A stretch of 62,167 nt of DNA, counting the filler. It is 4 parts of 4 records of this genome, joined end to end, with 100 filler letters (N's around TTAATTAATTAA, not from the genome) between each part and the next. Parts side by side here need not be neighbours in the genome. Positions count along the whole stretch, not along the records: positions 53,547 to 62,167 come from DRR723986_7855; 3 more parts are not named here. One strand, given 5' to 3'. The first letter of the stretch is position 1, and every line of letters begins with the position of its first letter. Positions 56,267 to 62,167 of this stretch are shown here, piece after piece. The notes below the pieces were generated by a model, which saw nothing but the letters and a program-made list of their open reading frames with translations, ran no database searches and was not told the origin of the DNA. A program made the translations under genes and the position numbers.

Positions 56267-59128
56267 TCAGCGCTCCGTCAGCTTGAGTTCGATCCGGCGG
56301 TTCTGGGCGCGGGCCTCGGCGCTGCTGCCCTCGGCCACCGGCTGCCATTGGCCAAAGCCATTCGCCGCCAGCCGGCGCGGGTCGATGCCGTAGCTGTCGA
56401 TCATGTCCCGCACCACGGACAGGGCGCGCGCCTGCGAAAGCTCCCAGTTGTCCTCGAAATCCCCGCCCGGGCGCAGCGGCACGTCGTCGGTATGGCCGTC
56501 GACGCGGATCACCCAGTCGATGCCGTCGGGGATCTCGGAGGCGATGGCCCGCAGGATGTCGGCGACCTTCGCGATCTCGCTCCGGCCCGCCTGCGACAGG
56601 TCGGCAGAGCCCTGCTCGAACAGCACCTCGGACGAAAAGACGAAACGGTCGCCTTGAATCTGCAGGCCTTCGCGGTCGCCCACGACGTCGCGCAGCCGCC
56701 CGAAGAATTCCGAGCGGTAGCGTTCGAGGTCGCGCTTCTCCTCTTCGAGCCGCCGGGCGCGCTCTTCTTCCAGCTGGCGGCGGCGGCGCTCTTCCTGAGC
56801 CACGCGCGCAATCGCCGCGTTCAATTCGGACCCGAGGTTTTCCAGCCGCACCTTCGTAGCGGCGTCCCGCTCCTGCGCGTCGTCCAGAAGGGCCTGCAAC
56901 TGGCCCAGCTGTCGGCGCAACTCGGCGACGTTCTGGTTCAGCGCCTCGACCTGCAGTTCCGCCTTGGTCGCCCGCTCCGAGGATTGCGCCAGCCGTTCGC
57001 GCGCTTCGGCCAGCAGGACCTGCCGCTCTTCGGCGCGCTCCAGCCGGTCCTCGGCAGCCCCTTCGGCGGCCTTCTGAGCGGCCAGCGCCGCCGTCAGGTC
57101 ATCACGGACCTGCGCGGCGTCCGTTTCCGCGGCAAGCCGCGCGGCGAGGGCCGCGGCGAGTTGCTCTTCGAGCGAACGGGTGTCGTCCGCCGTGGCAGAG
57201 GCGCGGGCCTCGGCTTCGGCCAGACGCTGCCGCAGATCGGCGACCAGCGCGTCGCGTTGGGTGTCCCGGCTGCGCAACCCGTCAAGCTCGCCCTGCAGTT
57301 CCGCCAGCCGGTCGCGCGAGGCGTCCAGAGCGGCCTTCACCGCCTCCTGCTCTGCCTCGGCGCCCCCCATCCGGGCGAGATCCGCCGACAGGGCGGCGTT
57401 CTGCGCCTGCAGCCGTTCGATCCGTTCGCCCCGGTCGTCGGCGCGCTTTTGCGTGGCGTCCAGCTGCGCGCGCAGTCGCGCGGCCTCGCCCCGCAGGGCC
57501 TCTATGCGGTCGCTCTGCGCGCCCTCGCGGTCGTCACCGGCGGCAAGCCGAGCGGTCAGGGCGGCGATCTGCTCCTGCGCGGTCGTGGCCTCGGCACGGG
57601 CCTCGGACAGCGCGCCCTGAACGGTGGACAGCGTGCGATCCAGCCGGTCCCGCTCTGCCCGCAGGTCGTCCAGTTGCGCGGCGCGGTCTGCAGCCTGTCC
57701 CTCGGCCCCCGAGAGCCGGGTGACCAAGGCGGCGTTGCGGGTGCGCATCGCCTCCAGTTCGGTTTCCAGCGCCTCGGCCTCGGCGATGCGGGCAAGCGCC
57801 TGCGCCAGTTGCGCCGAAAGATCGGTCAGCCGCGTCTCGCGAGAGGTCGCATCCGCCCGAAGCGCCGCAAGCTCGCGGTCCGATGCCTCGCGGGCGCGGG
57901 TCTGGGCGGCCAGCTCCGCCTCGGCCGCACGCTGGTCGGCGCGGGCCGCTTCGAGGTCCGAGCGCAGCGCAGAGAGCCGTTCGTCGGCCACCGCGCCTTC
58001 GGAGCGGGCATCGGCGAGCGTCGCCTCGAGGGTCACGATCCGGGCCGTCGCGCCGTCCAGCTGCGCCTGAAGGTCCTGCGCCTCGGCCTCTCCATCCTCG
58101 AGTGCAGAAGCAAGGCGGGCGTTGGCCTCCGCCTCGGCCCGGCGCGATTGCGCCAGTTCCGCCTCCAACGCGTCGATGCGCGATTGCAGGGCAGAGCCCT
58201 CCTGCTGCCCCGCCAGAAGCGCGGCGGCCAGCCGGGCGTTCAGGTCGTCCTCGGCGTCTCGGGCGGCGGCGAGAAGGGTCAGCGTCTCTTCGGCCTTCGC
58301 GCGCTCTTCTTCCAGCGCCATGGTCATGGCGGTCAGTTCGGCGCTGGCGTTTTCCAGCCGGGCGCGCAGGGCCTTGGCCGCCTCGGCCTCGGCCAGCCGC
58401 TGCGCCTCTTCCTCGGACAGGTCGGCTTCGAGGTCGGCGACCTCGGTGGTCAGCGCGCCGATGCGCGCCTCGCGGTCGGCATTCTGCGCGCGCAGATCCG
58501 CGACCAGCGCATCCAGCGCCTTGCGGCGGGCGGCGGCCAGCGCGGCGGCCTCTTCCTGCGCGTCGATCTCGCCCTGCGCCTGCGCCAGCGCGGCGGTCAG
58601 GGCGTCACGCTCGGTGGCCAGAGTGTCCCGGGCGGCGGTCAGGGCGTCCCGTTCTGCTGTCAGCGCGTCCCGCGCGGCAGAGGCATCGGCAAGATCCGCC
58701 CGCGCCGTATCGCGCTCCACCAACAGGGCGGCCACGCGGGCTTCGAAATCGTCGATCCGGGCCGAGGCCGCGTCCAGATCCGCCGCCTGCCGGTCGCGCG
58801 TCGCGGTCAGCGAGGCGATCAGGCTTTCCGCCTCCGTCAGCCGCGTGTCACGGTCGTCCAGCGTCGACTGCAGGTTGCCCAGTTCCGAGGTCAGCGCGGT
58901 GTTGCGGCGTTCCTGCACGCCCAGCGCCTCGGACAGCGCGGCCAGTTCGTCGGACAGAGTGTTCAGCTCCGTCTCCTGCCCGGTGATCGTCTCGTTCAGG
59001 ACGAACTGGATCACCATGAAGATCGACAGCACGAAGGTCAGCACCAGCAGCAGCCCGGTCATCGCGTCGACGAAGCCCGGCCAGATGTTGGCCTGAAAGC
59101 GCGCGCCGGTGCGTCGGGACAGGGCCAT
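56267..59128 (-). CDS. MotB/OmpA-like peptidoglycan-binding protein with very long coiled coil
   Basis: WPGFVDAMTGLL TM with Asp, ~750-aa Ala/Glu/Leu/Arg coiled coil, VDGHTD, NWELSQARA, NRRIE. Confidence 0.88.
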   Translation of the reverse strand: MALSRRTGARFQANIWPGFVDAMTGLLLVLTFVLSIFMVIQFVLNETITGQETELNTLSDELAALSEALGVQERRNTALTSELGNLQSTLDDRDTRLTEAESLIASLTATRDRQAADLDAASARIDDFEARVAALLVERDTARADLADASAARDALTAERDALTAARDTLATERDALTAALAQAQGEIDAQEEAAALAAARRKALDALVADLRAQNADREARIGALTTEVADLEADLSEEEAQRLAEAEAAKALRARLENASAELTAMTMALEEERAKAEETLTLLAAARDAEDDLNARLAAALLAGQQEGSALQSRIDALEAELAQSRRAEAEANARLASALEDGEAEAQDLQAQLDGATARIVTLEATLADARSEGAVADERLSALRSDLEAARADQRAAEAELAAQTRAREASDRELAALRADATSRETRLTDLSAQLAQALARIAEAEALETELEAMRTRNAALVTRLSGAEGQAADRAAQLDDLRAERDRLDRTLSTVQGALSEARAEATTAQEQIAALTARLAAGDDREGAQSDRIEALRGEAARLRAQLDATQKRADDRGERIERLQAQNAALSADLARMGGAEAEQEAVKAALDASRDRLAELQGELDGLRSRDTQRDALVADLRQRLAEAEARASATADDTRSLEEQLAAALAARLAAETDAAQVRDDLTAALAAQKAAEGAAEDRLERAEERQVLLAEARERLAQSSERATKAELQVEALNQNVAELRRQLGQLQALLDDAQERDAATKVRLENLGSELNAAIARVAQEERRRRQLEEERARRLEEEKRDLERYRSEFFGRLRDVVGDREGLQIQGDRFVFSSEVLFEQGSADLSQAGRSEIAKVADILRAIASEIPDGIDWVIRVDGHTDDVPLRPGGDFEDNWELSQARALSVVRDMIDSYGIDPRRLAANGFGQWQPVAEGSSAEARAQNRRIELKLTER

Positions 59129-59131
59129 GGC

Positions 59132-60307
59132 CTACCCCTCTCCGCGGGGACGCGCGTTCCGGGTGATCCCCAGCGAGCGCGTCAGCGCCGCGATGTCGGT
59201 GCGCAACTCGGCCATGCTTTCCTGCCGGCCGGCGCTGATTTCCTCTAGGATGCGCAGCATCTGCACGTCGATCGACCGCAGGCGCATCCGGCTTTCGGCA
59301 TCCAGCCCCTCGTTCGATTCCTTGGACCGGATGGCGTCGGCAAGGTTCTCCTGCCCGTCGGCGATCCGCGCCAGAGAGGCGGCAGAGGGCGCCGTGGCCT
59401 CGATCCGCTCCGTCAGACGCTCGACGCTGTCGGCAAGCTGGGCAAGACGTTCGTCCACCTCGGCGCGGCCCTGCTGGCTTTCGACGAAGAGGTTCTGCAG
59501 CCGCTCCATCTGCTCTGCCATCTGGTCCAGCACGACACCGGCGGCGCCAAGGTCCGGCCCGTCGGTGTCCGAGGAAAAGCCCAGCTTGGTGATCGAGGAC
59601 AGCCATTCCTCGAGCTCGCGGTAAAAGCGGTTCTGCCCGTGACCGGCGAACAGCTCCAGCAGGCCCACGACCAGCGAGCAGGCAAGCCCCAGCAGCGAAG
59701 AGGCGAAGGCCACGCCCATGCCGCCAAGCTGCGCCTCCAGCCCGGTCATCAGGCGGCCAAAGACGGCGACGCCGCTTTCCCCTTCGGAGGGCGCCAGCGA
59801 CTGGATGGTCTGCACCAGCGCCGGCACGGTCGTCGCAAGGCCGTAGAAGGTGCCCAGAAGGCCAAGGAAGATCAGCAGCGAGACGATGTAGCGCGTCACG
59901 TCGCGCGCCTCGTCGATGCGGGTGGCGACGGAATCGAGGATAGAGCGCGTCGAGGTTGTGTTGATCTGCATCCGCTTGTCGCGGCGCCGCCCCAGCAGGG
60001 CGGCCAGCGGGGCCAGCATCGTGGGCGCATCGGCGCGCACGCCCTGATCGCCCTTGGCGGTGAAGCGTTCGATCCAGCGGACCGAGTAGATCAGCTGCAC
60101 CACCTGCCAGAAGCAGGCCAGCACGCCGAGGACGAAGACGAAGGCGATGAAGCCGTTCAGATAGGGGTTCGACTGAAAGACCGGCAGCACGCTCGGCAGG
60201 GCTAGGAAGGCGCCGAACGCGGACAGGACGATCACGGCCAGCATCAGGACGACCTGGCGGACGGGTTGGCTGAAATGCGGCGCGGCCTCGCGGTCGGGCA
60301 GGTCCAT
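59132..60307 (-). CDS. MotA/TolQ/ExbB-like membrane protein with C-terminal coiled coil
   Basis: LIFLGLLGTFYGL, GMGVAFASSLLGL; directly upstream of the MotB-like gene. Confidence 0.87.
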   Translation of the reverse strand: MDLPDREAAPHFSQPVRQVVLMLAVIVLSAFGAFLALPSVLPVFQSNPYLNGFIAFVFVLGVLACFWQVVQLIYSVRWIERFTAKGDQGVRADAPTMLAPLAALLGRRRDKRMQINTTSTRSILDSVATRIDEARDVTRYIVSLLIFLGLLGTFYGLATTVPALVQTIQSLAPSEGESGVAVFGRLMTGLEAQLGGMGVAFASSLLGLACSLVVGLLELFAGHGQNRFYRELEEWLSSITKLGFSSDTDGPDLGAAGVVLDQMAEQMERLQNLFVESQQGRAEVDERLAQLADSVERLTERIEATAPSAASLARIADGQENLADAIRSKESNEGLDAESRMRLRSIDVQMLRILEEISAGRQESMAELRTDIAALTRSLGITRNARPRGEG

Positions 60308-60432
60308 CGCGTCCCTTGGCTTTGGTTTCACTGTCTCATCCCTACGGGTTTATCACTGCGCCGCCAAGCCGTTGTAAGGGTTTCCGCCCGCCGGCCGGGC
60401 AGATGCCGCGAAATTGATACAAAGGCCCGCGC

Positions 60433-60963
60433 TCAACCGGCGGTCAGCGCGCGCACCTCCCGCACCAGCCAGCGCAGGTCGGCATCGGGCACGCCCATCT
60501 GCTCCAGATGCGCGGCGGTGTTGTAGAGGTATTCGGTGTTCGGCCCCCGCCCCCCATGCGCGCGGGCGATCAGCCGGGCCTGTTCCTCCAGCGGCAGATC
60601 ACAGTATTGGACGTGGTCGGGGTCGATGACATAGGCCACCGCCTCGACCCGCCGCTTGTCGGTCAGCGCCAGTTCCACGGTCTGCTCGAGGTAGGCCGAA
60701 GAGATCAGCTCGCGCTCGCGCAGATAGGCCAGAGCGGCGGCCTCGGTGCCCTCGGCGGCCCGCAGCGCCAGCCCGTCGCAATGCTCGCCCTCGTGGCGAT
60801 CGAGCGCCAGCACGAGACCCGGCTGCGCCTCGGTGCCCCGGTGGTGGATCGAGTACATACAAAAGCTGCGACGATAGCCAGAGAGCCGCGCGGGCACGGT
60901 CTCGGCCACGTCGAAGCCGGGGTTCCACAAGAGAGAGGCGTATCCGAACACCCAAAGCGTCAT
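60433..60963 (-). CDS. chaC: ChaC-family gamma-glutamylcyclotransferase
   Basis: WVFGYASLLW, HRGT..QPGLVLAL, YLRERE, GPNTEYL. Confidence 0.9.
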   Translation of the reverse strand: MTLWVFGYASLLWNPGFDVAETVPARLSGYRRSFCMYSIHHRGTEAQPGLVLALDRHEGEHCDGLALRAAEGTEAAALAYLRERELISSAYLEQTVELALTDKRRVEAVAYVIDPDHVQYCDLPLEEQARLIARAHGGRGPNTEYLYNTAAHLEQMGVPDADLRWLVREVRALTAG

Positions 60964-61030
60964 GGCTGGTCCTTTCAGAGTGGCGCCTGTAAACACCAGA
61001 CGCGCAGTCTGCGAAAGGGGAGAGCACGGC

Positions 61031-61993
61031 ATGAAACGGCTGATCGGCGTGATCCTTCTGGCCTTCGCGGGCTGGGCAGGCTTCTGGTTCTGGCAGGCCT
61101 CGGCGATCCGCGCGGACCTGCGCGGCTGGTTCCAAGAACGCGCCGACGCGGGCTGGACCGCCGACTATGCCGCGATCCGTGTCAGCGGCTTTCCCAGCCG
61201 CCTCGACGTGACCATCGAAGAGCCGCGGCTTGCGGACCCCGAAAGCGGCTTCGGCTGGCAGGCGCCCTTCCTGCAGATCCTCGGGCTGACCTACCAGCCC
61301 GGCCACCACATCCTCGCCTTCGCGAACGAGCAGGTCTGGCAGACGGCGGACGGCCCGCTGCGCGTCACCTCGGACGGGCTGCGCGCCTCGGTGGTCCACG
61401 ACGAAGGCGCGCTCCTGCGGGTCAACGCCGAGGCCGAAGTGCTGAACATCGCCGGCCCGGACACGGCGCTGGCCCTCGCCGGGGTGACGGCGGGCCTGCA
61501 CCGGGCAGAGGACCCCCGGGACCAGCGCCTCGCCATCCGGGCCGAAAGCATCGCGGGCCGCGACGGCCCCCTCACCGATGGCCGGGTCGAGGCGCTGGCG
61601 GTGCAGGCCGTGCTGACCTTCGCCGAGCCGCTGATTCTGGACAGCCTGAGCGCCCCCGACACGATGCCCACAGAGATCGACCTCGCCCGGGCCGAGTACC
61701 GGGTTGAGGGCCTCGAACTCCACGCCGCCGGACGAGTGACGGTGGACGATGCGGGCCGCCTCGACGGGGACATGACGCTGCGCGCGGTAAACTGGCGGGA
61801 ACTCATCGACCGCGCCCGCGCGGCGGGCCTGCTGCCCGACCTCTTCACCGACGCGCTCGAAGACGCCCTGTCGATCGCCGCCGGCCTCGGGGGCCGCCCG
61901 GACACGCTCGACATCCCGCTCACCATCGACCGGGGACAAATGCGCTTCGGCATGATCCCCCTCGGCCCCGCCCCCCGTCTGCGCCGCGACTGA
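61031..61993 (+). CDS. DUF2125 domain-containing protein
   Basis: N-terminal anchor WAGFWFW, SGFPSRLDVT, C-terminal FGMIPLGPAPRL; divergent from chaC as is usual in Rhodobacteraceae. Confidence 0.82.
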   Translation: MKRLIGVILLAFAGWAGFWFWQASAIRADLRGWFQERADAGWTADYAAIRVSGFPSRLDVTIEEPRLADPESGFGWQAPFLQILGLTYQPGHHILAFANEQVWQTADGPLRVTSDGLRASVVHDEGALLRVNAEAEVLNIAGPDTALALAGVTAGLHRAEDPRDQRLAIRAESIAGRDGPLTDGRVEALAVQAVLTFAEPLILDSLSAPDTMPTEIDLARAEYRVEGLELHAAGRVTVDDAGRLDGDMTLRAVNWRELIDRARAAGLLPDLFTDALEDALSIAAGLGGRPDTLDIPLTIDRGQMRFGMIPLGPAPRLRRD

Positions 61994-62070
61994 CCGCCCC
62001 GCCCGCCAAGCAGACCCCGGGGCCAACGGCTCGGTGCCCGCCCCTTGGCGCGGCGAGCGAAGGCTCCCTG

Positions 62071-62145
62071 CTTCTCTGGTCCAAAAATGCCTCGGGGGTC
62101 CGGGGGCGTCATGTCGGAGTCATGTCTCTGGCATGACGCCCCCGG
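62071..62145. repeat. REP-like palindromic intergenic element
   Basis: CTTCTCTGGTCCAAAAATGCCTCGGGGGT then CCGGGGGCGTCATG-N18-CATGACGCCCCCGG hairpin; lies at the contig end. Confidence 0.6.
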
Positions 62146-62167
62146 CCGGTCGCCCCGCGCCAGCGGG

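Noticed and set aside
56348-59248. 966-aa plus-strand ORF and other long overlapping ORFs in contig 4
   Set aside because: High-GC stop-codon scarcity; the motif-bearing genes are in other frames
56267-60307. Zorya anti-phage system
   Set aside because: No ZorC/D/E-like gene; the long coil is on the B subunit rather than a ZorA tail; the context is housekeeping

Overview
This window is not one locus. It holds four contigs joined by 100-bp artificial linkers (44N-TTAATTAATTAA-44N at 29546-29645, 41135-41234 and 53447-53546), from at least three organisms. Contig 1 (1-29545) looks like a Marinobacter-like gammaproteobacterial chromosome. It carries the 3' end of an ExbB/ExbD/ExbD/TonB-like (Agl/Glt-core-like) operon, fatty-acid genes, hrpA, mlaA-patatin-exeA-exeB-dinG, a MalT-like regulator, cysB/cysH/thrH/pabB, a DUF6160 (FilA-like) gene and DUF58-tgpA. 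Contigs 2 (29646-41134) and 3 (41235-53446) probably come from one FCB-group-like genome: they share a bipartite dispersed repeat and an excess of GTTAAC. Contig 2 is mostly housekeeping (GNAT, DUF1285, PyrE-like, NupC, PP2C, TonB receptor, GT2, Mpl) plus a repeat-flanked orphan gene. Contig 3 carries the best novelty candidate: a two-gene locus encoding a ~430-aa protein with a beta-grasp-like tail and a 3331-aa giant protein. The giant protein has no signal peptide, a long amphipathic beta-strand region and recurrent MAKMA-type linkers. Contig 4 (53547-62167) is high-GC and Rhodobacteraceae-like (clpA end, HWE kinase, M23 peptidase, MotA/MotB-like pair with a very long coiled coil, ChaC, DUF2125, REP-like hairpin). 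All family and taxonomic calls come from motif recognition by eye; no searches were run.
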